The notes: generated from the sequence alone by a model not told the origin. Shown: positions 50,825-63,309, numbered from the whole stretch's first letter. The stretch is 63,939 nucleotides of DNA, filler included, from Globobulimina sp. (GCA_003354225.1; 48 parts of 48 records of this genome joined end to end with filler, not necessarily neighbours in it); one strand, 5' to 3'. Numbers and translations are program-made.

Positions 50825-51738
50825 ATACTTTTAATTGTTTCATGCAACATAATCGAATCAAAGATTATTGGCGCTGCCATTTTACCGCACGGTTCATTAG
50901 AAAACGGTTCATTAGAATTGCATAATTCCTCCATGGCGGTTGGAGATTGGATAATGAATACAATGAAACCAGATTTGATATTTCTATCAACTCCGCACGG
51001 TATGGCATTAGAAAATGATTTTTTAATTTATGAAAATGAACAAGAATCTGGATATGCGTTGGTCGGAGAAGATTTACATGATAACTCCAGCAATTTCACC
51101 ACTGTGACTTTGAACATTACATCAAATCAACAGTTGGCCAAATCATTGACCAATATATTGCGATCGAAAAGAAATGGAATAAATAATAACAACGTTACCG
51201 GAATGGTTGGATTTGCGGATAGTGTGCCTTTACCAATAAGTTGGGGCGAAATTTTGCCAATAAAATATTTACAAAATGCAGCATCCAATAATAATGAATC
51301 AGAACCATTGAGATTGTTACCTCAATTTGTAATATTTTCAATGCCGTTAAGAAGATATAATTATTCCGTTGAAATGAACAATGAATTATTGATTAAAGGA
51401 TACGACATTTGGAATATATTGGATAATGAACAAAATAAAAACATGAATATATTTATAATTATTTCTGCAGATTTAGCTCATACTCATGAAGAAATACCAT
51501 ATGGTTTTTGTAGCTGTGCGGAACCATTTGATGTATCCATTGGAAATTGGATTACTACAATGAATGATTCATATTTATTAAATAATGCCAGTTATCAACA
51601 ATCGATTGGTGCAATGTCCTGTGGATATACTGGTTTTCTTTTATTACAAGGAATGTTTAATGGAAGTTTGTATGAGAATCATACATTAAAATATAATGAC
51701 ATTGATAATGTATGGAATTCAACGTTACTGGCAAATTA
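50825..51738 (+). CDS. LigB/Memo-fold protein, damaged 5' end, chimeric 3' end
   Basis: GAAILPHG, PDLIFLSTPHG, PISWGE, ISADLAHTH, AEPFD, AMSCG. Confidence 0.75.
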
Positions 51739-51942
51739 TGATAAGGATGCTGCAGGTTCATCGGACTTTGATTGCGGTAATTCCAGATCAAAGATTGGCC
51801 CCCAGTTATACAGTTGCTGCTGATTATCGCTGAATGCCATGTCAAGACCGTGCCGTATCGTATGTATGTATTTCATATTGCTGAAAAAATCAGCAAGGTA
51901 ATCGAGATAAATATGGGAGTTGGGCTCCTTCCAGCCCCACCG
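51739..51942 (-). CDS. Bacterial-type sulfotransferase fragment (chimeric; not in the ORF track)
   Basis: Manual translation RWGWKEPNSHIYLDYLADFFSNMKYIHTIRHGLDMAFS: WG.K.P and 3'-phosphate-binding IR...D...S motifs. Confidence 0.75.
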
Positions 51943-52042
51943 NNNNNNNNNNNNNNNNNNNNNNNNNNNNNNNNNNNNNNNNNNNNTTAATTAATTAANN
52001 NNNNNNNNNNNNNNNNNNNNNNNNNNNNNNNNNNNNNNNNNN

Positions 52043-52593
52043 TTTTTATCCATACACATAATGATTCGGTTTCATCCATAAATTTTAATAAATTATTTTC
52101 ATTTTCATTCGTATCGTTCAATTCCGATATTTTATGTATGAAATGATACAATTTCTGCATTGGGAACTGCATTACGTCAGAATTTGGTCGACTCTTTTTC
52201 ATCGCTGCCACAATACAGATATTTCTTGACGTGTAAGAGAATGCAGTGGCATCTCCAGAATCTAACAACTGAAAAATGTGAGATAAACAATGTTGATTTA
52301 ATTTGCTTAATGTTACTGATTGATTTCCGTCCTTTGTTTTCATTGATATCATTCTTATTACTGATTTCTTTTGGGATTGGCTTTTTTAATATTTTCAAGA
52401 ATTGGTTTTGTTCAATGTATGATAAATTATGTTTGTTTTTTAAAATAAGTGTTGCCATATTCCTTGTTCCGCCAAAAAATGATTCTATCTCTTTTTCTTT
52501 AAACTTGTATTCATCGTCATTCATATTTTCAAAAAGACTCTGGTTTGTTAACCATAACGATTGCAAATCCATTGTTAAAAATGAATATGACAC
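52043..52593 (-). CDS. Hypothetical protein with an F-box-like segment and an apparent frameshift
   Basis: Overlapping ORFs; LSKLNQHCLSHIFQLLD...FSYTSR. Confidence 0.4.
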
Positions 52594-52693
52594 TATGACA
52601 GACAGGTGATCGTTGATTAGCTAACTTCGAGAATGAATCAGGATTTTCGGAAAGAAAATAAGTTCAACAAATCTTGCTATATACATAAACATA

Positions 52694-53263
52694 ATGGCAG
52701 AACAGAAAAATAATTCCGTTTGGGAATTTGATGAAAAAGAGTTTGATAGTCAAGGAGTGCAAGTATCTGATGAAGAAATAACAGTATTCCGAGATATTAC
52801 CTTTAATATGCGCCACCCCGACGGTAAACGACAAGTGCCGTGGCCCGATGATTGCCAACCACAACGTCAAGTATTTGGTGATAGCTTAGCTTTTCAATAT
52901 ATCTATGAATGGAATAACGGTAATTTATGGAATCGTGCATATGAAATTGAAGTGAATTCATTTATAGCTTTGCAATATTCCATTGATTTCAATGGAACTA
53001 AAAATTGCGACATTCAAACTGCCTTCAAAATGCAAAATAATATCTTAACCATTGATCTACAGCCATTTGAAAAAGAAGCTATTGTATTAATTTCATGCAA
53101 CACAAAAGAAGACAACCAATATAATATGAAAATTTCCTGGAAAAAAGCTAAAATCGCTTCGCAATTATTTCAACAAACCATTATCATCGCGAATAATAAG
53201 TTAAATACTTTCAAACTGATAAATTTTAAAAAAAATAAACATTTTTTGCGAATTTGCGTATGA
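52694..53263 (+). CDS. Hypothetical protein
   Basis: 189-aa ORF, divergent from the previous gene across about 100 bp. Confidence 0.55.
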   Translation: MAEQKNNSVWEFDEKEFDSQGVQVSDEEITVFRDITFNMRHPDGKRQVPWPDDCQPQRQVFGDSLAFQYIYEWNNGNLWNRAYEIEVNSFIALQYSIDFNGTKNCDIQTAFKMQNNILTIDLQPFEKEAIVLISCNTKEDNQYNMKISWKKAKIASQLFQQTIIIANNKLNTFKLINFKKNKHFLRICV

Positions 53264-53375
53264 AGTGTTTTTGCTNNNNNNNNNNNNNNNNNNNNNNNNN
53301 NNNNNNNNNNNNNNNNNNNTTAATTAATTAANNNNNNNNNNNNNNNNNNNNNNNNNNNNNNNNNNNNNNNNNNNN

Positions 53376-54497
53376 TATGGTTGATATGAACCAAAATATA
53401 GCAAATTTACAATGTCCTATCATATCCATTAACGACTGCCGGTTCCAATCAGATCGCATGCCGACTAACTTGTTAATTGCAACCTTATTCATTACTAAAT
53501 TGGGTTTGATGTTAGAAACGATTTCAATGCAATTTCTGGCAAAAAATGTCGTAGCCAATGCATGTATCAGTCTGTCGAATTTGTCCATGTTATTTAAATT
53601 GTACTGATAGTCTGCTAACTGAGCGATTCTGCGAATCCAGGCTTTACAGTCCCAATCGAGACAATCGTCAGAATTCTGCTGCAAGCTGAACGCCAAAGTA
53701 CTGTTTGGGTTATTATCCATGTCTGAAACTGTTAAAATGTATTCAGTCCAAACTTCATATCCTGTCATGTTAAATTTCTGCCAAAAAACTTCTTTGCTTA
53801 AATACTCAAATGCACATTGCGAAAAGTAATATGTTTTTGAATATTTCTGACTGATTTCATATGGAATACTATCAATAGTTTGTACATCCCATAGAATTGT
53901 ATCCCATAGAACAGTTTTGTAAAAAATGGAGGCCATTAAGTGTAGCAATGGTGCGCATTTGTTGGAGAACTTGGAGGTATCATCCAATTCAAAATAATGA
54001 TGTAACAAAGTATAAGATGCACTCTCTAATATGAAAGGATCGAAACTTGGGAAGTTCCGCTCATACCATGGCCAACAATCTACGCGATTCCACTGCGATT
54101 TATTCATGTCATACAATAACAATTTTACTTGATTTGATGATAAATTTTTTGCATTAAAAGACCGCAAAATTTGAGGTAACTCTTTGTCAAATATTGCGCC
54201 AAAATACAGATTGTTGCGATGAATGAATCGTTCGCGTATTTCTGCGGAGTAATTTAATGCGTTCTTATTAGTCAACTTACTGTTTAATAAAATAGATTTT
54301 ATATCATCAATTTCTTTGTTATAACAATCAGTTATAAATCGTTGATGTTTTGTGTCCAATAATCTCACTGATACAAATCTGTCTGAATCACCAATGTTAC
54401 TCACAATTTTTTCCTGTAAATCTGGACATAAGTCAGTGTAATTAGCACCATCAACTTGTAAATGCCACAACAACATCAACGACAATAATAAACACAT
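53376..54497 (-). CDS. Secreted hypothetical protein, 3' truncated
   Basis: Signal peptide, about 370 open codons. Confidence 0.65.
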
Positions 54498-54708
54498 AAT
54501 TATTGTATAAAGTTAATGAAAAAATATTTGGTGTACGTTTGCGATTTCAAATGTTGCGAAACCGCGTTGCAAAATAGCTGTAGCTGCAACATAGCAAATA
54601 ATTTTATTNNNNNNNNNNNNNNNNNNNNNNNNNNNNNNNNNNNNNNNNNNNNTTAATTAATTAANNNNNNNNNNNNNNNNNNNNNNNNNNNNNNNNNNNN
54701 NNNNNNNN

Positions 54709-55941
54709 AGATCCAATGATGGCTCATATCTCTGATAATTTAACCCATACTCGATATGGTCGTCGCTTGCCGTACATGATGTTATGCCCATTGTATGCCA
54801 TCGCATTCTTCATCTTAGTGTCACCACCGCAGGATCCGACCGATGCGGCTTATTGGTTTGGTGGCTCGTACCTATTTTTTTATTTTTGTGACACGCTCAT
54901 AAATGTTCCCTTTCAAGCACTAGGACCAGAACTAACCGATGACTCTGACGAACGCACCTCTTTGTATATGTACGTCAAGTTGGCGGAAGGGGTGGGAATT
55001 ATGATTGGTACCTTGGCCCCCGGCACATTGGCCACATGGATGAGCAACAGAGAGGTGTACCGCCTGATTGCCATTGTGTTTGGCACCTTTTATATCATTG
55101 CCATGTACACATTAATCAAAAATATACAAGAACGCCCGGCCTCCGTCACCCACGAAACAGACACCAAACAACCTTTTGTCACCTCCTTATATCGGTCAAT
55201 ACGAAACCGTGCCTTTCGCCCTTTGGTGATTGGATGGATTATGGATTTTGCCTCCCTCTCATTTATAGCTACCATGGTTCCTTTTTATGTGACTTATTAC
55301 ATTGAAGTGGATCGAATGGAAGACCCATTTTGCAGCACTACAATCTCAGACAGCCAATCTCAATACGAATGTGGCCATCCTTTACGTACTGAATGTTGCT
55401 TATCGAGTGGCCAACATTTGGGCTATTGCATGGCCTGCTTTTTTGTGGCCGGTTTCTGCTCCATTCCCATCTGGAAATATTTAGCTCGCCATGATCGAAG
55501 CTCCGATGTCTGGTACGAACGGTTAAAAATTGGCAAAGTGCAGGCCTGGTTGACCTACAATGTGGTGAATGTAGTGACCAATGTGTTGCTTGTCTTTGTC
55601 GCAGAGCAAGGCCTATGGTACTTATATTTTGCTATGATACTAAATGGGATCCCGACGGGTGGACAGTTCCTAATCTCTGCCATCTTGGCGGATGTGATCG
55701 ATTACGATGAATTTCTAAATTATAAACGCAATGAAGGACAGTTTACCGTGTTCGCCTCGTTTGTGCCAAAGATCATTGCCATTCCGTGCCAGTCCTTCCC
55801 TTTGGTTGGCATGTTTTTATTGGGATACACCAACCCCGGCAGTGATGACGAAGGTAATTTAATCTTTCAGCCCCCAAACCCGTCGGTCAAATGGTTAATA
55901 CGCGGCCTGTTTGTATTTGCGCCGTTATTTTTGGTCTCGTT
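54709..55941 (+). CDS. MFS_2 / GPH-family (MFSD2/MelB-like) transporter, partial
   Basis: DP.MAHISD...TRYGRRLPY, VPFQALGPELT.D.DERT, ILADVIDYDE....RNEG. Confidence 0.92.
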
Positions 55942-56300
55942 NNNNNNNNNNNNNNNNNNNNNNNNNNNNNNNNNNNNNNNNNNNNTTAATTAATTAANNN
56001 NNNNNNNNNNNNNNNNNNNNNNNNNNNNNNNNNNNNNNNNNACGTGTAGACAATTGTAGAGAAAAAATAGGTAAAAGACATTAAAATAAGTAAATAAGTA
56101 AAAGTTACACAACATAAACATAAATTAAATTTCACCCAAACAAAAAGTGCGAAAAAAAAATATTATATAAATAGAATTATAAAAAACAAACTCAACTGTC
56201 ATTCAACAATATCTATAGATGAAAAAAAAAATTAATAGAAATGAGAAATGAAACAATAAATAAAAACAATAAAAAACAAAAAAAATATGTAATACGCGTG

Positions 56301-57274
56301 TCAAATCCATTTAGTTTGTTGTATATTTTGCATAATATCTCCTTCGTCGGATGATAACGCATTAAGTGATCCAGCCAGCGAGTCATCATCAGTATCGGTA
56401 TCCGACTCTGTTGGATCAACATGTACATAATGCGCAATCTCTTCATGTTTCTGCGATGGCGACACTGGACTCACCGGAACGGCCTCTTGTTGTTTGACCG
56501 GCGAAATGGGTGTAATTGGGGTGATGGGCGTGATCGGTGTGGCAGGCGTACCCCGTTGCGACGAACACGATTCCTCACTCTTATAATGCATATTATTCTT
56601 AATATTTTCAATATATTCCTGATCCGATTCAGATGCATAATGCCGCGGTGCCGGTGAGGTCTCAGATTTATTCAATCTGTGCTTATTCAATTTATCCCTA
56701 TACTTGTCATACTGTGTCTTTTTTTTCTTTTTTTTCTTTTTCTTTTTCTTCTCTTTCTTCACTTTTTTCTTCCCTTTTTTCCTTTTCTTTTTCTTCACTT
56801 TGAACGCTTTTCGACTTTTCACAATCACATCACACGGCGTGTTCGGGGCAGAACGTACCTTTTTTAGCACGGGCTCAGCCTCCAACAAATTCAATGTCAG
56901 CGGTTTAAGTTTAATTTTGTTTTTACTGCTGCCACTCCGTGGTGTCTTCGCCCGTATCTTTTGTTTACTTGTTTTGCTTGAAAGTTGTCGCTTTAATTTT
57001 ATTTTTTTATTGGAATCTTTCCTATTTGGTCGTAACGACAACGCATTATCATCAGAATCATCCCCATCTAACTCATCCCCATCATTCTTGATATGCCATT
57101 TTTTGAGTATGACAATATGCGTTTTCTCACGTAAAATATCCGTATTATCCTCTGCTTTTTTACACAACTTTGTGCCGACATAATCACTATTTTTACCCAT
57201 GCTTCCAACAATGCTTGCTTCCAACAATTTGAACAAGACAACTCATAATTGGTGGTCGATTAAATCAGTGGTAT
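56301..57274 (-). CDS. Lys-rich low-complexity protein C-terminus with TP/SP repeats
   Basis: 311+ open codons, poly-K, TPITPITPISP. Confidence 0.65.
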
Positions 57275-57374
57275 NNNNNNNNNNNNNNNNNNNNNNNNNN
57301 NNNNNNNNNNNNNNNNNNTTAATTAATTAANNNNNNNNNNNNNNNNNNNNNNNNNNNNNNNNNNNNNNNNNNNN

Positions 57375-58607
57375 TACCCATGGAAAACATAAGAATAATT
57401 TAAAACAGCGGACAAAGCGTGGCTGGGATCGCCGCGGGCTTAATACGCATTATTATTAATTTAACTCCACTCGATTCGAAAACAAATGGTATGGTTTATT
57501 TTGGTATCGGTGGTATATTTGATATTGTCTGTGGTATATTATTTTTATATGCAATCAGAAATGCATTTGTTCGATTTCATTTGTCTCAATATTTTTGGAC
57601 TCGAAAGTTCCGAGGAAATGAAAAAAATATTTCCAAAGATTTATTACAGCGCACTGACACCCAAACATTGTTAAGGAAAGTACAAGATAATAATATCGCA
57701 ATTGCAACACCAAAAGCAAAAGATTTCGAAACTATAGCTGCTATCACGCAAAATAATAAAATGAAAAATTCTAATCAGCAAATTATTGGTACAAATAAGT
57801 TGGCAAAATCAGTGGAAAAACAACAAAGTACATATATGAGGCTTAGTGAGGATTGCGATGATGATGATAGTGGCAGCAATTCGATGACTGAGAGTCAAAG
57901 CAATATGAATATCACAAATCTGAATGATGAGGATGATCAATTTGAGGTGAAAACAGTTGAAGTAACAAACAGTACGTGTACTGGGAGTACATATTCAATA
58001 AACAATCCAGATATTGGAAGTGATGGTTATTTGAAAACCGATAGATTGATTTTTCCTATTTTGAAAGAGCAAAATGAAAATAAATATGAATATGTTAATG
58101 AATCTGCAGCTGAAGAAGTTGGAAATGAAAATGATAAAGTGACATATTTTGGAGTATTAAAGAAACTCAAATTGTTGGTATTAGCACTATTTATAGTATT
58201 TTACGTCAGTTTTCTCGCCTTTCCGGCTATGTTAACTTCACTGGATTCAGAATATAATGGGATGAATGATGGTAATTGGCTGCCTATACTGCTTGTTGTT
58301 AAGTTGTATATATATAAATCAAATGTGATTATATTTTGGATTAATCTGTGATTATATAGCTGGAATTTAATATTTGTGATTATATTGGAAGACAGTTTTT
58401 TGCGGCATACACTACATTCTCATTTACAAAGAGCACATTATGGATTGGATGTTTATGGAGAATATTGATAGTGCCATTTTTTATATTAATGTATATCGGA
58501 AAAATAAAAAGTGATATTATTGCATATGTATCAACTGCAATATTGGGAATTACAAATGGGCATTTTTGTTGTCTATGTTTTATGTGGTCGCCTTCTATGG
58601 TTAATTC
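57375..58607 (+). CDS. Equilibrative nucleoside transporter, partial
   Basis: GQSVAG, FYVSFLAFP, LLV|LEFNICDYIGR across intron 58298-58359, GITNG. Confidence 0.9.
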
Positions 58608-58882
58608 NNNNNNNNNNNNNNNNNNNNNNNNNNNNNNNNNNNNNNNNNNNNTTAATTAATTAANNNNNNNNNNNNNNNNNNNNNNNNNNNNNNNNNNNNN
58701 NNNNNNNAAAAAAGTAGGAAAAGTTTTTTTTTTACGAATTCCATTAAACAATTTTCTATTAAGTAACGGGGTTTTTTAGAAAACTGTCAGGTTACGAATT
58801 TATTGGTCAAACTGCGAACCAAAAGATGTATTGGTTGCATGTAATCTATTTAAATAATGAGTTAAATAAACTGTTTTTTTGG

Positions 58883-59290
58883 CTATTTCAAAAATAATGG
58901 ATTCAGTTCTTGTTTTGTGTCATTGTTATTGGCATATTTTAATGTGAGGTTAGGTGGTAGCGGCAAGTCTAAATAAGAGATTGCATTTAAAATATCACAT
59001 GATTCTATTTTCATTGTTAAACCTTTATTTTTCCTTTTGTCTATTTCTTTACATTTTAATCCGAATAAATGCAAGGATCTATGATATGCATATTGCGATG
59101 CAATAATCATTATTTTATTTGAATGATTTAATCCGATTTCAGCAAGGAGTTGGCAAATATCATCACTAATCTTTACCTTTGCTTTATTGTTTCGATTAAT
59201 ATTATTTGGATTATGATTATACTTACTATTACTTAGGTTGATCAACCTCACTATTCCCTGTTTGTTGCTTGCAGAGGCTGAGTATGACAT
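58883..59290 (-). CDS. Histone-fold protein, TAF-like
   Basis: ISDDICQLLAEI...ASQYAYHR...IESCDILNAI pattern of TAF6/9/12-type folds. Confidence 0.55.
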   Translation of the reverse strand: MSYSASASNKQGIVRLINLSNSKYNHNPNNINRNNKAKVKISDDICQLLAEIGLNHSNKIMIIASQYAYHRSLHLFGLKCKEIDKRKNKGLTMKIESCDILNAISYLDLPLPPNLTLKYANNNDTKQELNPLFLK

Positions 59291-59440
59291 TAGCCGATGA
59301 TAAATTAGTTTGAAAAACTGTTACTTTGATGCAATGGCACCTAACGACGAAAAGTTAGAACATGATACACAGTTTAAACATGAAGGCCTTGCAAATTGAA
59401 TTGTAGTGCAAGGATTTCAAACTATATACTGTATACGTCA

Positions 59441-59940
59441 TTATTTTGATTTTTTGGTATCTGTATTGTCATTACTCAGCTGAGTCAGCGCTTTGAGTCT
59501 CCATTGGATTAAAACATGATCCACCGCATACGATGCAAAAAACGCCAAATAAGAAAACACCGTGATCCATTGTGCCAAGCCAGCTTTATTCAAATCATTT
59601 TGTGTTTTGGTACCGCCACTTATTGGATGATATACAAATGATGCAAACTGGAATAACAATGGACCGCCAAAAGTAACTATTTTAAAATATCTTGAAAATA
59701 CTAATGATTTAATTGGTTCTGTGTCACAATTTAAATAAACCTGAATCGCAGTCCAGCCGTGAAACATTGCTGACATAAAAAATACTGCAGCCAATAATTG
59801 ATGAATTATGGACTCGCGACCAGCTTCCCATTGGATCAATATCTCATTCTCTGCATTTAAAATTGTGCTATTTGTTATCCCTTCGATAGCTCCCTCTTCC
59901 AAGGTTATTCCGCCTTGGCCAAATACGCAGACTGCTGAAG
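59441..59940 (-). CDS. Frag1/DRAM/Sfk1-family membrane protein C-terminus
   Basis: IHQLLAAVFF and AQWITVFSYLAFFASY..D helices. Confidence 0.6.
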
Positions 59941-60107
59941 NNNNNNNNNNNNNNNNNNNNNNNNNNNNNNNNNNNNNNNNNNNNTTAATTAATTAANNNN
60001 NNNNNNNNNNNNNNNNNNNNNNNNNNNNNNNNNNNNNNNNCAATGCCGCCACAGCTTCTACAATAAATTTCCGGCCAAATTCAACCTCCCCGGCATCGAC
60101 TTCTACC

Positions 60108-60521
60108 ATGATGCAACTCTTAAATAACGATGTAATCCGTTGCGCTCACCATAAACGGATATTTTCAAACTCTAAACATGATCCCTATTTTGACAAATCA
60201 ACTTTTGTAATCCCATTTAAAAAAGCATTTGAAAAAGCTGTAATACCATATGGCCGGAAAGTTCAAGGCGGCTGTACCTTCCACGATATCAGAAGAACTG
60301 TTAAAACCAATATGACCACAGCAGGAATGCATGAAAATTATATTGATTTAATCCTTGGCCATACACTCCCCGGCATGTCAAAACGATACATAAAACCGAA
60401 TATTGATGTGCTTCAAAAAGAGATGAAATTGTATTCAGACTGGCTTGAAAATGAGATTGAAAAGGCTATGTGTGAAATGGGACTTGGTAACCAAAACGGT
60501 AACCACGAATTGAAAAAATAA
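60108..60521 (+). CDS. Bacterial/phage tyrosine integrase C-terminus
   Basis: FHDIRRT (HxxR), LILGH, MSKRY catalytic Tyr. Confidence 0.9.
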   Translation: MMQLLNNDVIRCAHHKRIFSNSKHDPYFDKSTFVIPFKKAFEKAVIPYGRKVQGGCTFHDIRRTVKTNMTTAGMHENYIDLILGHTLPGMSKRYIKPNIDVLQKEMKLYSDWLENEIEKAMCEMGLGNQNGNHELKK

Positions 60522-60634
60522 ATTTCAAATCCTCCTAATATCCTTATATTAAACAAACCACACAATCAACAACACATTAAATAGCAATAAAAAAGGGCTT
60601 ACAGCTTCTGTTCGCTATAAACCCTTGTAGTTAC

Positions 60635-60681
60635 TGGTGGGCCAAGAAGGAATCGAACCTTCAACCTACTGATTAAGAGTC
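60635..60681 (-). tRNA. 3' half of tRNA-Lys(CTT), an att-site core and not an intact tRNA
   Basis: Minus strand GACTCTTAATCAGTAGGTTGAAGGTTCGATTCCTTCTTGGCCCACCA: anticodon loop, T arm and CCA; no D arm or 5' acceptor strand upstream. Confidence 0.88.
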
Positions 60682-61185
60682 TGTGCAGAAAAATCTCGCA
60701 ACCTTCTGTTTTTATTATAACCAACCAAATATATTGCTAAAATACTTTGTATTATTTTTGAAGATTTTCTGTAAAAAAGAGCATTTTAGAAAATTTTCTT
60801 TCCCCATTCTTTCCCCAGCAATTTCATTTTAATGATTTTTTTAGCCAAACTTTTGCACTTTTCGGCAACTCTGTAGTTGAGAACTCACAACATACCGCCC
60901 CCTTTAATTTCTTTTGCCCCTATCATATATCTGACCCGGATTTTTTTGTATTGCAGGCCACAGAAGGTTTTAAAAAATCAGAAGATTGATGATAAGGTCT
61001 GACTGCTTGAGTAAAGAGAAGGCTTGATCCTCAAATTTGTAATTATAGTGTATCTAAAAAAACTTGACTATGTTAACAATCTGACATAAGTGTCTAAAAT
61101 CGCATCTGTTTTTATTGATATTGTTAAATCCAATTACTGTTTCCTGCATAACAAGAAAAAATTTTTCTTAAGGAGAGTTCACCGG

Positions 61186-61273
61186 ATGGATGTTAATAAC
61201 GCAAAAGGAGCTGTTTTCGGACATGTCATTGGGGATGCTCCTGGATGTCCGGTAGAATTCATTAGCCTTCCTG
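61186..61273 (+). CDS. ADP-ribosylglycohydrolase (DraG/ARH) N-terminus
   Basis: AAGGAG RBS; KGAVFGHVIGDAPGCPVEF. Confidence 0.75.
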
Positions 61274-61373
61274 NNNNNNNNNNNNNNNNNNNNNNNNNNN
61301 NNNNNNNNNNNNNNNNNTTAATTAATTAANNNNNNNNNNNNNNNNNNNNNNNNNNNNNNNNNNNNNNNNNNNN

Positions 61374-62606
61374 CCATCATGATCTATCTAAATGACGGCA
61401 GCAGCGGCGATTTTACTGGCGGAGAGACCATCTTTTATTCCTTAAAAAAGCCGCGAACTCTCAAAGACATCGAAAACAAGGAAAACAGCGATTTATTTTT
61501 AACCGAAAGTGATATTAACAACGCATTGACAGTGGAAATCAGACCGGCGAAGGGCATGGCAGTCATCTTCAACCACGATATATGGCACCAAGGCTGCACA
61601 GTGCATGCAGCTGCAGACCGGCATAAGTTTATCCTACGCAGCGACATAATGTTCGAATGCTATTCGTGTGAGACTTTCAATCGAAATAATTTGATATCCG
61701 ACCCATTGTATATTAAATCGCAAATGTATTACAAACGAACCATTGATTTGCAAAATAAAGGGCTGGTCAGAGAGTCGACCATCTCTTATTTGAAAGCATT
61801 ATCGATCCAAACCACATTGCCCTCGGTTATTATTGATAAGAACGAGGAATATTACGGCGAGGAATATTACTGGCTTTCCAATGATATTTACGAATACATT
61901 TTGAGTTTCTTGGATGTGTATCGCTTAATTACTGTTTGCTACGTCTCGCGAGCTTGGAACTATTACGCTTCTTCTCCCAATTTGTGGAAAAGAGCCTATT
62001 CCAAATATTTCAATATTCGCGAGATTCAGAGCATGAACGCTGGCGCTTCCAATGTGACCGCCGAGTCTTACAACACATTGTTCCGACCCTGGAAACACAT
62101 ATTTTCGTATCGTGTGATGATAAAGAAAGAATTCCCCATCGTTGTGCTCAATTTTTGGTTGAATGGCATTGAGATTGGAGCTTCCTCGAAAAAAACAAAA
62201 AGCAGCAAAGCTAATAAATATTATAACAATGCTCAGAAATTGATGAACTACAATGACTGTCAATATGTTCCCTTCGTAGTGTCTGAGTATAAAGAGGTGA
62301 ATTATTGGTCGTGGAAACCGGACAGAAAGGAGACGCTGTTTGGCCGCATTGTGTTTACTGGCCGCGATCTGACGACCTACGGCTACGGCTTCCAAGCACC
62401 GCAATGGGTCATCAATGAGGAGGGCATATTGAATGGTTTATATTTTTACAAGTTATTGAAGCAAATCTTGTATTTCCCAAACATTGCGCTCTCGCTTCCA
62501 GCCATTATGATGGATAACAAATTGTTTATGTTATATTTGAAATATATGTTAACCAAATTCAATACAGAAAAAAAATCAAAAATATTTTGTTTGATTATTA
62601 AAAATA
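61374..62606 (+). CDS. Prolyl-4-hydroxylase-like 2OG-Fe(II) oxygenase fused to an F-box, partial
   Basis: IYLND...FTGGET.F, PAKGMAVIFNHDIWHQG, KFILRSDIMF; LSNDIYEYILSFLD...VCYVSRAWNYYASSPNLWK. Confidence 0.85.
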
Positions 62607-62706
62607 NNNNNNNNNNNNNNNNNNNNNNNNNNNNNNNNNNNNNNNNNNNNTTAATTAATTAANNNNNNNNNNNNNNNNNNNNNNNNNNNNNNNNNNNNNN
62701 NNNNNN

Positions 62707-62928
62707 TGCTTTTTGTCCGCCCAAATCCCAAATGGTTGCATTGAATCCTTGTTGTTGGAGCTTCTTTATATTAAATCCTTGTGTTGGCATAATATGATCA
62801 ATTTCTTCATCGCTAAATCGTTTTAAACAGGAGGTCTTTCCAGCATTGTCCAATCCCAATATTAATATTCTACATTTTGGCGCTTCCTTTCTAAACAATT
62901 TCTGAAATAGAAAATCTAACAAACCCAT
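62707..62928 (-). CDS. ARL3: ADP-ribosylation factor-like GTPase 3, N-terminus
   Basis: MGLL, RILILGLDNAGKT, I.HIMPTQGFNIK, WDLGGQKA. Confidence 0.85.
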
Positions 62929-63309
62929 CAATGTGCGAGAATGTTTAATGACTGATATTTACTATAATAATTTATCATAATGAGACAATGAGATGCAAAT
63001 GATGTAATATAGAATCTGTTTCTTAGAAATACTTCCGCGGCTCATGCACAGACTCTTTTTTTTGTGCGATTTTTCAAACCGTCCATCTTCGAAATTCACT
63101 TATCTGAGAAACGCTTTACAAATCCAGAAACGGTTTTCTATAGGTTTGTCTTGGGTTTGTTCTGTGTTTGTTATAACTTTGTCTTGGGTTTGCAAATCCA
63201 GAACAAAGTCAGAAAAAAATTATAATTTCCAGATACGAATGGACATTTTTGTGCAATATTATTGAGTTGTGTTGTGTCACTTGTGTGTGAAATTGTGAAT
63301 TGAATGATA

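Noticed and set aside
56679..57183. Poly-Phe membrane-like ORFs (also 39394-39903, 42653-43023)
   Set aside because: Antisense of Lys/Glu-rich coding sequence
60635..60681. Functional tRNA-Lys gene
   Set aside because: 5' half missing; treated as an att core
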